A stretch of 61,305 bases of DNA from an uncultured virus (IMG/VR IMGVR_UViG_3300031884_000004) (IMGVR_UViG_3300031884_000004), one strand, 5' to 3'. Counted from the stretch's first letter, positions 15,501 to 23,405 are shown. Made by a program: numbers and translations. Notes: a model not told the origin generated them from the sequence alone.

Positions 15501-18500
15501 ATTCTTTAATGATGACCTTATCGCCATCACCAAGCGGGCTAATGATAGTGAGCGAAGGGGCATCCGGACTTATTATATAATCTATGCCACTAGTAAGTTG
15601 TCGTTCAACTACTACACCAGCGACTGTTCTCAACACATAAACAAGAACGCCGCTATAGTTAGCAGTTTCAAAATTATAAACATTGCTTAATGGATAAACA
15701 GAAGTATCCAGTTGATTATTGAACGTGTACGTGTTGGTGCGGTACGGAGCCTTTGACGGTAACATGTCCGACCAAAAGAATGCGTTGATTTCGCTCTTTG
15801 CAGCAGTAATCTGGTCTAGTGCGCTATCCAGAATTTGCGACGGAGTGTATCGCTGAACGTAATCTGTGTTTTGTACCGTATATACTAGTAATTGTTTATA
15901 CTTTATATATTCACGGCTGTTAAACATCAATGCGTCAAACAAGTTGTGCTGCGTGTTTCGGAAAAAGGTTCCCGGCAGTACTAATGACGCAGAGTTTTGA
16001 ATTATCTCTGTACCATATGGTACTAAGTTACCGCAATCTCTAAAATTATTTGCGCCGAAAATTTCACCTGTCGTGTTTGGTGAATTAATAAAAATGTCTC
16101 TATACTGTGCACGGATATCACCAACATTGGCTGTAGTTAAATCAGCATTTAATGGATTATTATTTAAATTAATAGGAATGTCGTAGTAACCGATTTGGCT
16201 TACTTGATCACTCAATACTAATACTTGAACTACCGTGCTAGTTGTTGGTAGTGAACTGCTACTGTTAAATGTAATTGTGGTAGTATTGGTACCAACTACC
16301 GTAGCATATGATGTTGGTGCTTGATATACATTGTTGATGTATACCTTAACTCTCGGCCAACCAGTTTCTCCCGTTGCTAAAGCAGGCAATGCTGCAACGT
16401 CACACTGGAAACTTAATGTTGGATTTGTAGGATCAAAGTCAAAACTGAATAATTGATATTGCGTGCTATCAGCAATTGCGGTTTGCCAACCAAGCTGTCT
16501 TACATATGATGTACCTGATGTATAATTATATACGTAGCCAGTATTTACCTTTTGATTAATAGGATTATATCCAGACACATAATTAAATGTATCCAAATTC
16601 AGTGATACGTCGAAACTAATATCCCCTACGTTATCTATACCAGAATATGCGATTGGAAAGCCTAATATAGGGTCATTGACTCCGCTACCAACACTGTATG
16701 CGAAAAGTTTACACCCCTTGAACGAAGTACTTTGATAGACCGAAGAATCCCCAAAAGAAATACCGTTGGCATCAAAAACGTCAAACAGCGGTGGTTGGTT
16801 AACCGTAACCTTTTGTTGTGCCTGTATCCACTTTATACCATCATAATAGTAACTAGTGCCTTGGTGATAATAACCACGCTTAATTGCTAATTGTTCATCA
16901 GGGACAATATTTCCGTCTTCTGCTACCGTGAGTGTAATTACAGGTCTAGTATTAGGATCAATTACCGAGAAGTTTACGACATAGATTTTGTTTCTTACAG
17001 TAGAGCTAGAGTCAGCAGCAAATACGATTCTTGCTTCCGGAAACAAAGCATAGTTATCTAAAGTAGTGTCTGAACCCACAATAGACAAGTTTGAAGCAGA
17101 GGATATGTTTTTTGCGCCGGGCCATGAAACTGTTACAGTTAGCGTAGTAGTACCAGTAATGTCGGTAATTTGTGTATTATTAGGAAGAATGCTTGAAGAA
17201 TCTGCAACATACATTCCAATTTGGAATGTACCCGAAACGTTAGCAGCGTCTACACTAAAGGTAGTTGATGTTGCGGCGGTTACTCCTACAACCGACGCCG
17301 ATGCTGTAGTAAGTACTTCTGTATCTGGGTAATAATTGTAAGATCCTGCTACTGTTGACAATGCATCAGTGTTATGGGTATCGATAAAATCGATTCCTGC
17401 GGCGCCTACAGAACCCGAATTGTATAATTTTAGATTAGGATAAAACTCGATTATAGGGCGGACTGCTTTGTTTGCTTGTGTCGCGTAAGTAGTTGCGATA
17501 TTAGGGTCGTTATTGTATTTTGCAGTTGCGTTGATGACATCGATGTGGAACCAACGATTGCTTCTGGACCAAGCATTTTTATTGATTGCGTTTCTAGCAA
17601 TAGTAATATAGTCTTTATCTGTTGGAATAAAAAGGTCCGAATCGTAATTGCTAATGTCATATGGTGTAGAATCATATGGAATGTAATTACCATGTGTAAA
17701 ATCTTCAGTACAGACTAGAGAGCTTACTGGAACTAACTCAATTGCAGTTCCTACACCCTGTACATAGTATTGTCCCTGTAAATAACTTGTAGGAATAATG
17801 TCACCTTGAAAGTTAACTTTCAATCCATTAGTAAATACTACTCCACTAGATGACGTATAATTAGGGTTACCCAAGATTTCAGTCACAACATTAATAGTAT
17901 TTGTAGTATTGCTGTCAATGATTTTAATCACGCCGACAGAATCAGCAGATGTACCGTCTTGATAATATAGAACATCTAACGGAGCAGTGATAACAGGAAT
18001 TGGATTAATTACTCCGGTAGGTGAACGATAAAATGGTATATTGTTCCATTGAGTACCATATAATGGAGTAATTGTTTGATTTACAGGAATAGTACCATCT
18101 GGAACTAAACGAATAGTTGGGTTCTTTGGATCACCGATGTATTCAATCAAGTAATAGTATTCAAACACCGTTGATGCGACACTTTCTTCATATAGACCCT
18201 GATTGATATTGGCAACCATAGTACCTGATCCAGGAACCAAAGTTAACGGAGACGAAGCATCTAGAGTCAACGCGATAGTAAATGTACCTGAAGTAGGAAT
18301 ACTATGAACATAATAGACTTCCCCTGCAGTAACTCCACCGAATGTTGGGTTGTTAAAGGTTACAGTTTGACCGACTACTAATTGAGAGGTACTATCTGTA
18401 GTAAACGCAGAAGCATCACAGCTAGTTACATTTATAACGATTGGTGCGACGAGAACATCACTATTGATGTCCAGCGGTGTCTCGCTCAAGAAGGTCTCTG

Positions 18501-19440
18501 TGTTTCCCTTCTCTGCCGGAATACCATCATAATAGAACATGATGCGTAACCCTTCAAGCGCAGTCACGCCATCAATGTCATTAAGTCCTTGATATGTTAC
18601 GCCATCCGTGTCAGTAAATGTCTTTAAAACTGCTCCATTTACTTGGTCAAACAATTTAGTGCTGACTAGATCGACAGTGTTGTTACCTGGAAAAATATAT
18701 TGATCTTGTGCATTTTTTTGCGGAACAGTAAACGTAACAACACCTTGACTTGCGCCATTGTTGTCTACTCCGTATACTTGTCTAGTAGTAAGATTCGATT
18801 GGAATGGCGAATATCCTGAGGTACCCGGATCCGTCTGAATCCAAAACTGAGACGATTGATTTACAGCAAAAGTATAGGTTCCTCCGCGGATCAATCCAAG
18901 TGTAGGATTGATGCTACCGATAGGTTGTCCGACTAGAGCAATTTCATATCCATTAGGTAGTGATGTGACTGCATAATTTTCAGTAGAGTACACGGTTGCT
19001 GCTGAGATAGTAACAGCCGGCGGCCCGACTGGCAACCAGTAATATTCATTAAAGTTAATGAGCTTGTCGAGGTTAGTGAAGGAGTCCCATGAATAAAACT
19101 GACTTTTGAATAGACGACTGTTGTTATCCGTAATACTATCTTGCATTGCAATAGAGTCGATGATGCCTGGATACGAGATAAAGTCGTTTGCTACAGATTC
19201 GTTTGGCTTAGTAAAAACTACACCCGGATCTAACTGATAGTTCACCCGAGTTTTTGTTGGTTCAACTACATAATTGTCAGTTGCATTTACACCATATCCA
19301 AACTTGCTACCTACATAGCCTTGAATCTTCATCGTATTCGGTGGATTTACGATCTGATCTAGGGTCGCTGACAAAAATTCCGCGTTAGTTGAGGTTTGAA
19401 AAATCTCAGGAAGAAAAGTTATTGTCCGAATTCGGGCCAT
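547..19440 (-). CDS. giant virion structural protein, probable baseplate wedge/adsorption protein (6297 aa)
   Basis: Directly downstream of gp6. Contains FG-GAP-like repeats, Asp-box/BNR (SxDGxxW) repeats and about 15 copies of a GxxVxF...GG...YYV...FTIS beta-rich module. Late promoter motif at 19498-19505. Confidence 0.75.
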   Translation of the reverse strand: MARIRTITFLPEIFQTSTNAEFLSATLDQIVNPPNTMKIQGYVGSKFGYGVNATDNYVVEPTKTRVNYQLDPGVVFTKPNESVANDFISYPGIIDSIAMQDSITDNNSRLFKSQFYSWDSFTNLDKLINFNEYYWLPVGPPAVTISAATVYSTENYAVTSLPNGYEIALVGQPIGSINPTLGLIRGGTYTFAVNQSSQFWIQTDPGTSGYSPFQSNLTTRQVYGVDNNGASQGVVTFTVPQKNAQDQYIFPGNNTVDLVSTKLFDQVNGAVLKTFTDTDGVTYQGLNDIDGVTALEGLRIMFYYDGIPAEKGNTETFLSETPLDINSDVLVAPIVINVTSCDASAFTTDSTSQLVVGQTVTFNNPTFGGVTAGEVYYVHSIPTSGTFTIALTLDASSPLTLVPGSGTMVANINQGLYEESVASTVFEYYYLIEYIGDPKNPTIRLVPDGTIPVNQTITPLYGTQWNNIPFYRSPTGVINPIPVITAPLDVLYYQDGTSADSVGVIKIIDSNTTNTINVVTEILGNPNYTSSSGVVFTNGLKVNFQGDIIPTSYLQGQYYVQGVGTAIELVPVSSLVCTEDFTHGNYIPYDSTPYDISNYDSDLFIPTDKDYITIARNAINKNAWSRSNRWFHIDVINATAKYNNDPNIATTYATQANKAVRPIIEFYPNLKLYNSGSVGAAGIDFIDTHNTDALSTVAGSYNYYPDTEVLTTASASVVGVTAATSTTFSVDAANVSGTFQIGMYVADSSSILPNNTQITDITGTTTLTVTVSWPGAKNISSASNLSIVGSDTTLDNYALFPEARIVFAADSSSTVRNKIYVVNFSVIDPNTRPVITLTVAEDGNIVPDEQLAIKRGYYHQGTSYYYDGIKWIQAQQKVTVNQPPLFDVFDANGISFGDSSVYQSTSFKGCKLFAYSVGSGVNDPILGFPIAYSGIDNVGDISFDVSLNLDTFNYVSGYNPINQKVNTGYVYNYTSGTSYVRQLGWQTAIADSTQYQLFSFDFDPTNPTLSFQCDVAALPALATGETGWPRVKVYINNVYQAPTSYATVVGTNTTTITFNSSSSLPTTSTVVQVLVLSDQVSQIGYYDIPINLNNNPLNADLTTANVGDIRAQYRDIFINSPNTTGEIFGANNFRDCGNLVPYGTEIIQNSASLVLPGTFFRNTQHNLFDALMFNSREYIKYKQLLVYTVQNTDYVQRYTPSQILDSALDQITAAKSEINAFFWSDMLPSKAPYRTNTYTFNNQLDTSVYPLSNVYNFETANYSGVLVYVLRTVAGVVVERQLTSGIDYIISPDAPSLTIISPLGDGDKVIIKEYNQTYGSYIPNTPTKLGLYPSFYPEVVLDSDYTVPTYFIKGHDGSFTKLYGDYDETLGVLIDFRDQALLEFELRIYNNLKLSTTVPIERYEVVPGYFRSSTSTYSWNEFIQMYEPTFLNWIGQNRLDYKSQYYQKNNEFSYNYTNSGNKLDQAAIQQGYWRGVYEYFYDTTTPNETPWEMLGFANEPTWWADRYGPTPYTSDNGILWGDLEAGYIWNNGNPYTVPELARPGLSKIIPVDSNGDLLSPLIAIVGNYNPSTFQKDWVVGDDAPVELSYRRSSTWPFDLMRLFALTRPAEFFNLAVDLDNYKYNAEFNQYLVNDRSHLVPANIEIYGNGTAKTSYINWIVDYEKQQGVDATTNITTLLNNLDVRLVYRLAGYSDKTLLQFYVEKGSPNSNNATLLIPNESYSVLLYDNQPFDQIMFSGVVIQKNQGYWTVYGNSQTFAYFKTLKPINNGTYGSVDVLGTTVKYAKNYTDQVVLVPYGTKFYSTQGVVQFLMSYGAELESQGMLFNEVEQGIEVTWAQMAAEFLYWSMSGWEVGSLITLNPSATAINIDRPSAIVQPLTVQQTNFILNQNLYPIQLNDLCVERDDTLFHAHTLNQGDSMSYAQFNVSNFEHGIVFDNVTLFNDIIYNLTTGLRQNRIYARGVKTADWNGTVNAWGFILNQDNVLEWNGNLKYTKGVIVQYKNKYWTALKVIEPSATFNEQDWKLVNYNDIQKGMLSNASTRAYESTLYYDVYQANLEQDADLLAFSLIGYRPRDYLALVDLTDSTQVQVYQNLIKNKGTRNAVDAFQGATFPQGSISYDFYENWSILTKQYGGVLNENFVDFRINQTNLMGNPSIVSLTNGVYTVGSDQEVPLYNLFNYNTPPASPNVLSTLDTTVNSQLYPSAGYINVNDVKMSSYFFSGLPSAVDSTGAVVPINNFYVGEYFWLANFKNKWDVFRWTNIGQVIQVRNNTNGTATITFSSPHSLNKLDPMAIINFAQNVDGYYIVADVLNLYEVVINLSALNANQNSIQGRGLAFGFVSQRVASPAGIIPLASAENEFIKNTVWVDENTDGNWAVYRKSLNYAYQNQFEQADGGTFGSAVAYTSDMGYLIGDSGTGILYRYIYDSLAQAYLLKENKTGGTSFGSTIKYAQNLYAVSQPSGVSPAVTLYTLNHTVVTDRMLTYQTIAAPGGVTDWGSALAISGDTNWLYISDAQNNNVYVYRKQNIPLIAGYFVTGETYVITSLGSTDFTAIGAVDNKVGITFVATGAGAGTGTATQITYKQSTIISGSSLFSLGAGDGFGTALATSYDGSTLAVTAPFIDYSPTITNWGTTFVLQRTMQNFEAKQNSLPEQTTSFSLSWTPAAGATITASATSSVTNRITCSGSMTGFQINQPVVFAGSNFGSSNVSPNQVYYIHGISGSEISIKTSRSSTTPVNLTTAAGLSFSVYVQVDPLYVYLNGKLVTDDNYAVIGTSFIYYSSLIAGDILTVSDNQYFPAQQINSDYIDRTDIEFGYAVDMYKTGSTLLIGSPYEVDANDVEGAVYSYVNGGAEYGVVIGTNECNVTTNRTLLINGFAVNLSAGNAQSVANTINSSKIINVQAAATSDNKLIIQVINQNIAQINQKLTVYAYDSGTTLSELGINLYTKTQIIQSPHEQGASRFGSAIKINEFDSVIISAPVGTRYEGTFFDFTDDENLDNDTVFDNNATQFVDSYVNAGAVYMFDYIGLYNESLANPGAYVYAQSVNSKNIPYGQQPLYGTAIDFNENVVVVGSPNFYPVAVGGQVVVYNNATGVSDWSVYRNSAPIVDISKIQNTQIFSASTNQTLINLDYMDPLQGKLLGAARENLDFVSGTDPARYNSDLSTIIGSVWGAEHVGQLWFNTNNVRWMNYHQNDNVYNSKYWGAVFPGSDVAVYTWVASFVPPNSYPGPGAVYNPNLYVVSTVLNASNNAVPVYYFWVSNTNIIFEQTGKTLSDSVVASYISNPKGSGIAYMAPLLPNTFALYNSVDYFNANDSVFHIGFANGTTDDVAHQEYALIRENYQDDFLPGLPHGGTSAHTLAIQGGYTISETDVPYSLYAKLLDSLAGCDGAGAVVPNPWLPLAVQSGIRSRPNQSFFYDRYLAINNYLTYANTVLAQYPIAEIRPDATFLFQSGTYFNTADYWSYVNWWATGYSDSTKSSLQVPNYADLAALNVAVNTIVTVEQNGAGKFEVYRYDGYGVWTRIGLQNGTIAFDTSLWDYSSAKIGYGDNFFDTTPYDQYPSEETRYIVRALTEQIYISDLLIYRNTSLILLFDYIQSETTQSQNFLPWLNKTSLADVSHTIRELIPYEVYQTDNTAFLSGYINEVKPYHVVIKDFVFKYTGTDVYQGNITDFDLPATYNSSYQQYISPQLVYSNPNSQYEYLPTDSIWSTAPYTQWFQNHGVSITGQPNYNITVTTSYVSTSSTYIVVDNAHGFPINGTINIGNEIIGYSFVDRALNVLSGLVRGVNGTPIENHITGAQIYIDLPAALVLFGGRGYVEPPKVTAYIDTSIYPAPKTPAVLEAVMNLDSVLQINVIDPGEGYAVLPEIVIDPAEVIAFDNTAVNGTFHTIRLYAPNLQTGDAVLYKSGITASVGALANNQWYYINVLETVPTAIIALYTTYSDAINDKARVKIYPIGIGSDMTLSSGARASAITTALPIRENNTTIRFDRTTYGSQVQDWEAGAYYGSFFAGTLDNSSTTSSSSIGLESTEPPIDSILASAQGAVFEITDISNDQQLTWSSFIRYVSGTTASNHSITLIPQDNGGGQPNASGTTIGFYIGMPVKFQSTLSFGGLVSNQIYYVNTILSETEFTVSTTVGGPIFGVTDSVVGVYTMECFVGEVTNTAVMSINYPGILQVTATTATTNALTVPTSLVGTGGTLGFYTNLPVFFTEDVFGGIVANKTYYVTSVIDNQTFTMSATTNPVSTTAYSVDGSTDRVAVNDGTNFNINDIVVFTDMVIAGTSTTNFGGLVAGTFYYVSGVYLSSKEITLSATKNGAVLNLTTVVAASDTSAIMTNQKDTVALTTAVGSATMNVSLPISPGQINGQLFTIYETSGQYPNNIVSAGEVSSLISRSINATISAVNRIAVSASLGGTDFFYKNMPIRVTTNIGNLVAGTTYYIREYTGDGTNTVIEVTVTNTSSSGNVLSCGSTASLYIGMPIVFSGQSLGGIFVTETYYIQDIPSSTTFTLSLTVSGPAITLTNDNGVMTGAGDPFFTVSTTVNGSEFALSSDHTTVSTATQYVTGYTTFDLSYKLGGYSAVPTNAGSGFAVNNIITIPGTAVGGTSPANDITLEVNSVDALGGIINVIASGNVPSTSTKYYLKVISSNQLEVYSNPLLTVPVSGINFPFNGYTTTTVQSVSSNIITVNSTTGFNVNDAVVFTGNVSAGIVAGQTYYIVNNVNFTSNTLQISSTPGGTAITLSNASSLSYTMAKSGSYAFLPEPFYFNQSIVKFNNKVYICVISNNDKEFVIGKWEELDSGDRRLNAMDRVMGYYKPTVNMPGVDLTQLFDGVTYPNSIYLGNAFQPNQQFALDVVVQDQPFYPSQVNITAVEYHNNVYHAVANLPTYSALLTSADGITWAITQLANTDINVTNIVYNNGTYLISAANNATPILTSVDGLVWTVANTTEHSSQAAAYGNGCWISVGDNIVRSTDAITWNTVHTFDSIFEVELYGVSFVQTASFTGFVAVGNGLRYDYSTGVTQLVPTDIIITSADGITWTQVAPLTNKSLNSVVSNGTTIVALGENNVQYTSTDAINWFGNEALVTTFSSTNYIISTAPNAFTVNAAVQFSNSFSSINAGTTYYVKSIVSPTLVTISDTLGGSTKTLSADTVPINTLMYEYDANPSTVRDSVYVGGTFVSVGDNGLIKTSTDGYVWTLRSSGTTQNLNGITYDTDGITTFTVVGDNNTVLTSTDTIIWTDNSVFTVPPTVYDVKGADFPYGYGPEELVPGVVTDNLALTVVTRPGSNWDVTEYSHTGFNVVSLELAPTFGTQTVYTFAGAVQVPAQLTVQIIDPVTGLGTGITEGIDYTINWLNKTVILSTPLQFSPKKILRIDVYEVGNGDQLVQSSTDVNPIRVDDVTGFNEVYVDCNYSASVYQGSGVIRPGTSAIESQVLSTDSTTNRLTCTDISKFILNGPVTFLGVLFGGVVSETTYYVKSISTATDSIIISASIDPVTGLAGPAFDLVTASGDAMYVSIQSGNGQVWTTPIMYHNGNKLVLGATNIVIRTQSINNSLTTNSTFGFVPGTRITFSNTMFAGISPQTTYYVSSVINNNEFTISATNGGPVLPLPDTTGGAIFVTNDYAFGTQPNGIAAKIIFASDAYTTETDYIVYSLFGETTPQYGYAVPEIQYFTGTGSQTAFTLSNYVGENNPNNAVVEVNGVRKTVTTDYSINPNTNVITFTSAPVSNSSISVLTYNDTQQQYLTSQYGLTGTTVAPILSINTTLSPILATTTVTATSSTGNLITATSTAGFVVGQQIQFFGIAPLGGIKVDGTMYWVGSIISNTFTIKDQYGVAVPLSNASGTLLAEVGGISTTRVTTTIPHGFAENSLVRIDGTVGSIQLNNNIYYARVITDTVFDLYQSDVSGYTGYNPTLGATNYPVIGVSTYISGGYTWLTGSFNITTTTATATTSSNNTITVASTANLIVNTPVYFSENYTLNGTDLSFGGLVSGTEYYVSEIVNGTTFVVSDTYDGPSKTLTTSGPATINVTQWSQQYTDRIWVTVNGLRVPSSKLRINPANEVSILAEIQSTDKVIITSMIAHWTPEEMTYMNFVDKNGVASVYRSNTLTRTWLTESIQDLTTVIYVNDVNSVIQDVVFTATVPTVSVDGYYYIGLPADKRILTAVSVVNISTTPNQTISSNDYEVVLVDTAPTLKITPGSYISTGNTLTINVLEGDIIYVNGEAIRFNAVDIASNSLLGIQRGVNGTAKQSYIPAYTEVFGLLTSNKLDDVYYNQTWNSYTFNTIDGDPLQISTTTPALFLQTDIT

Positions 19441-19503
19441 TATAATGGTTCTCTACTTTGTTTTTACTGCACATAGCAGACTACTGCTAGTCAAGTGTAT
19501 TTA

Positions 19504-22500
19504 TCAATACTGTAATTCGGCGGGTGTGAGGGCCGGAACTACTAGTACGTCATTTGCGGTGGCGGCGGATACGAAGATTTCATACGGTAGACACTTGATT
19601 TCATACAGTGTGCCGAACGGTTGTGTTGGGTCATTAGATACGAGTACCGCAGAACTAATTAAATCTCCGCATTGCGCATGAAGATACGCACTTAATTCTG
19701 AGAAATAGAAAGTATCTCCGAAATTCCAATTATTGATGCTAAAGTAATTATTCATAGCAGCTAGTACAGCACTTCTAATTTCACTGTCACTTGCATTGGT
19801 ATTACTTGTTTTAATAACCTTAATTGTTCCACGTAAGTTCTCATCTGCTTTAGGACCGAAGAGCGGTTTAAAGACAACACTATTTACAATCACAGAATCC
19901 GATAGCATTTTATAATCTTGAACTTTACCGTATTCTTGGGTAAGTTCAGTTATAGTAGGTACTGTGGGTTCAGGAACAGTATTTGTGGTATCAGTAATCC
20001 AATTGGTATATGCAGTATAGTATGCCTGAGGAACGACGTACAAATCAATAATATTGGTCGTGATAGGATCTATACGATTGGTATCATTTGAGTTGTGTCT
20101 ATATTGGAAGGACAGCCCTTGTCTACCAAACAACACAGAATATTGGTTCTGAACAACCAAAATATATGAGGGTGTGGTCACTGTTTGATCTTGAACACTA
20201 GTATAAAAGTTACCTTCTGAATACGCATAAAATAGTTGACCTAAAGGATAATCGTACTTTACTACTTCGATGTTAGTAACTGTTGGATACTGGTATACTA
20301 CAGAACTTGATGGTATAAGATATTGTCTTGTTAGATTGATTGGATCTTGTACCGTTTCAAAGAAAGCGTACACACCAGTGTTTGAAGATCCGTTAACATA
20401 TCCAGTAATTTCATTAAAGAAGTCTGGATTTAATATTAATTGTTTGTTGTTAACGTCAGTTGCAGCAACTTCTATTTGGAAATCGTTTACATAACCGTCA
20501 GTTTGAGTCGTTTGTCCCACAATGTTTATTTTGTAGTCTCTACCCAATGCGGTAGTAGAGTTAAATTGACTGTTTACTGACAGCACGTTTACAAAGTCTT
20601 GTATAAGTTTACCTGAATAAGGGTCATACACGATTCCGTCTTTTGAGAAAGTAAATCTAGTATCTGCAACTGAACCAAAATAGTATGTTAATGATTTGTA
20701 TGTAACTATGTATCTATTGCCACCTTGACTGGTGAATTTTACGAAATAATTTGGATCGCCGGCAGTGCTTACTGACCAACGATCTTGATTTATCTGTAGA
20801 GCGTTGTTAAACACCAGAGTAAAATCTTGCTGCAACTCCATTTTAAATATACATTCTTGAATGATTGCTGTGGACAGTGCATTACCAAATACCGGGATCA
20901 CTTCACTGACGGTAACGCCGTCTGGTACATAACCATTAATGCTAACCGGACCAACTCCGTTTGCAAACGTGCCAGCACCGTTATTTGACCCATCGCCTAC
21001 TACATTTAGTACAGTAGACCAAATATAAGTCGAGTCTGTCGCGCCCGGTATACCTGCAACCAAACGATTATTAATGTCAAAATAATAACCAGTCGGCGCT
21101 TGGAATTTACATATAGCGCCAGTAGTAATGTACATGATTCCATTAGTGCTTCCATAAGTACCAATGGATATAGGATTAAGTTGGCTACCGGCTTTGGTAT
21201 AAAAGTATCCAGTTTCCGATCCAGAATCGACTGAACTTGTATTCCAGTAAACTAAGTTATCACTAGTTGGAGTAGGAGCTACTACTGGATATCTAGTATA
21301 ATTTTGAATATAATACTGGTTAGCTCTGTTTAGTGATAATACCGAAGATAGTGTGTCACTAAAGAACGCAATAATATCATTCGTACTATTGATCGTTAAC
21401 GTCAGTACACCGTCCACTGTAGTTTGATATAGTCCACCGTCACTACCAAATGAATTGGTACTTGAATACTTTCCAGTAGGATCGAGTAAATCTAGATTTT
21501 TAGATACACCAACAGATGCTCTATTAATAGATTTTGATTTAATTATAGAACTGTAAAGCGTATATGGGAAGTTATTATAATCTTCACCATTAACCATTCT
21601 ATTTTGTGTATAGTAACGAGTTGGTGCACGTTGCTTAATGTCAGCCAGTGACTCACGAGCCTGTGCAGTAGAAACCGTCTGAGGAAGCGTCAACCCTATA
21701 GTCAGTGTTTGTGCCTTCCCTGTACTGTCAATATACGTGAACGAAACCGAAATACCATTCATTTCACTAGGAGAGATTGTGTAGGTCAGCGCATTACCTG
21801 CACGAACATATGATCTATACGTTCCTACTGGAATCTTAGAAAATACGCCGTCACCGAAAATGTAGGATACTTGATCGTTGAAGCCGGAGTTCACAGAAAA
21901 GATTGTTTTGTTTGATGTAGTCGTTTGTAGATATGCATCAGCATAGATGTTTTCCACTTGAATCCATGGTGTTGTAGTTCCATCAGAATTAATTTGGTAC
22001 AACCAAGTGTCGGTATTATTGACCCCTTGAATTGCGCCAATTGGAATTATTTGATTTGAAATCTGCTGCTGCAAAGTGAAGTCATAGTTCTGTAGCGTGC
22101 CTTGCTTGAAATAGAAGAAAAATCCAGTTGCAGGTGATCCGAAGCCCAGTGTATCATTTCGATATACCATATTGAATTTGCCGGACGGTGCAGGTGGAAT
22201 CTCATATATGTAATCCTCATTTAACGAAGTGACACTGCATAGTTCAAAATTCATAGTTACACCGTCAATAGTTGACGTGAATGGTACGATCGGTAGAACA
22301 GTAGGAGGAATTTGAATAGCGTACTCACTCGTAGTAACTCCTAGCAAGTCTGCAATATTACCTGGCTTACCGATACGTTGTGTTGAAACAAGTGCGGCGT
22401 TCCAGATTGTATTCATCTGTTCCAACCAATTCGGATTAGCTGGGTCATTCCATAGTATAGGAATATTACTTAGATTTGTTCCATTAATGTCGGTAATGTT

Positions 22501-22881
22501 TTGTGTAGTAGAAAGACTTGAGACTTTCAGCCAACCCTGACCTGCAATGTTGCGCTTTGGTGTGTAGCTTACTAGGTTAGCTAGTTTAATAACAGAGTCG
22601 CGGCGCTCGGCAGTATCAATGAAGTTTTCACGAGTGTTTAGATCATCACGGAAAGCAAGCCCTTGTCCCATAAACGCGATAACATCGAGTAATGCAATAT
22701 ATTCAGACGATTCAGTATAATCATTGAACGTTTCAGGGTAGTATAGTTGCAAGTAGTCAATGAAACTTTTGCGCAGAGTTTCATAGTCGTAACTGCGAAA
22801 GTCCGCTTGTTGGAAGGTTTGATAAATGGTTTTCCAATCATTTAATCCAAATAACGCTGACTGTCTTGAACTTGTTGCCAT
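19504..22881 (-). CDS. gp6: baseplate wedge subunit, T4 gp6-like
   Basis: N-terminus DFRSYDYETLRKSFIDYL...FNDYTESSEYIALLDVIAF...ENFIDTAERRDSVIKLANLVSYTPKR, plus ESLADIKQRAP...QNRMVNGEDY. Confidence 0.85.
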   Translation of the reverse strand: MATSSRQSALFGLNDWKTIYQTFQQADFRSYDYETLRKSFIDYLQLYYPETFNDYTESSEYIALLDVIAFMGQGLAFRDDLNTRENFIDTAERRDSVIKLANLVSYTPKRNIAGQGWLKVSSLSTTQNITDINGTNLSNIPILWNDPANPNWLEQMNTIWNAALVSTQRIGKPGNIADLLGVTTSEYAIQIPPTVLPIVPFTSTIDGVTMNFELCSVTSLNEDYIYEIPPAPSGKFNMVYRNDTLGFGSPATGFFFYFKQGTLQNYDFTLQQQISNQIIPIGAIQGVNNTDTWLYQINSDGTTTPWIQVENIYADAYLQTTTSNKTIFSVNSGFNDQVSYIFGDGVFSKIPVGTYRSYVRAGNALTYTISPSEMNGISVSFTYIDSTGKAQTLTIGLTLPQTVSTAQARESLADIKQRAPTRYYTQNRMVNGEDYNNFPYTLYSSIIKSKSINRASVGVSKNLDLLDPTGKYSSTNSFGSDGGLYQTTVDGVLTLTINSTNDIIAFFSDTLSSVLSLNRANQYYIQNYTRYPVVAPTPTSDNLVYWNTSSVDSGSETGYFYTKAGSQLNPISIGTYGSTNGIMYITTGAICKFQAPTGYYFDINNRLVAGIPGATDSTYIWSTVLNVVGDGSNNGAGTFANGVGPVSINGYVPDGVTVSEVIPVFGNALSTAIIQECIFKMELQQDFTLVFNNALQINQDRWSVSTAGDPNYFVKFTSQGGNRYIVTYKSLTYYFGSVADTRFTFSKDGIVYDPYSGKLIQDFVNVLSVNSQFNSTTALGRDYKINIVGQTTQTDGYVNDFQIEVAATDVNNKQLILNPDFFNEITGYVNGSSNTGVYAFFETVQDPINLTRQYLIPSSSVVYQYPTVTNIEVVKYDYPLGQLFYAYSEGNFYTSVQDQTVTTPSYILVVQNQYSVLFGRQGLSFQYRHNSNDTNRIDPITTNIIDLYVVPQAYYTAYTNWITDTTNTVPEPTVPTITELTQEYGKVQDYKMLSDSVIVNSVVFKPLFGPKADENLRGTIKVIKTSNTNASDSEIRSAVLAAMNNYFSINNWNFGDTFYFSELSAYLHAQCGDLISSAVLVSNDPTQPFGTLYEIKCLPYEIFVSAATANDVLVVPALTPAELQY

Positions 22882-22935
22882 GTGTACACTCTTTTTGATA
22901 TAGATATATTTATCATTACCAAAAAGGTGGATTTG

Positions 22936-23385
22936 TTATTGTATGGCAGCTATACCTGTCTGTGTATTAAAGAATACGTTCAACACCGACGGCTGATTGA
23001 ACGGCACGACTGCAATTTCAACTTCTACTAGAATACCATTTAATTGCGGGTATACGTTGACATACCCTAAGGAAAGTCTTGGATCCAATGATGCTATACG
23101 TCTGATTTCGTTTTGCAATTGAACTTGTGTGTCCGTCGTGTTAGGTTCAAAAACAAAATCCCAGAGAAAGGTACCGTACTGTGGCTGTCCTACTTTTTGA
23201 CCGTACGGTATGTTTAGTGCATTTATGAAATCTCTTATAACTAATTGAACATCTACCATACGGAACTTCTTGCCGATTACTAAAGAAGTTACTGTTCCGC
23301 CAGGACCACCATCAGGCCCATTTAGGACATTTGTGGTCTTTGGTAGACATGCATCAATCGTGCTAAATCCAATATACTGTGCCAT
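22936..23385 (-). CDS. gp25: baseplate wedge subunit, gp25/GPW family
   Basis: LNIPYGQKVGQPQYGTFLWDFVFEP...IRRIASLDPRL signature; lies between the gp5-like and gp6 genes. Confidence 0.85.
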   Translation of the reverse strand: MAQYIGFSTIDACLPKTTNVLNGPDGGPGGTVTSLVIGKKFRMVDVQLVIRDFINALNIPYGQKVGQPQYGTFLWDFVFEPNTTDTQVQLQNEIRRIASLDPRLSLGYVNVYPQLNGILVEVEIAVVPFNQPSVLNVFFNTQTGIAAIQ

Positions 23386-23405
23386 ACTTCTATTTAGCCC
23401 CTGTA

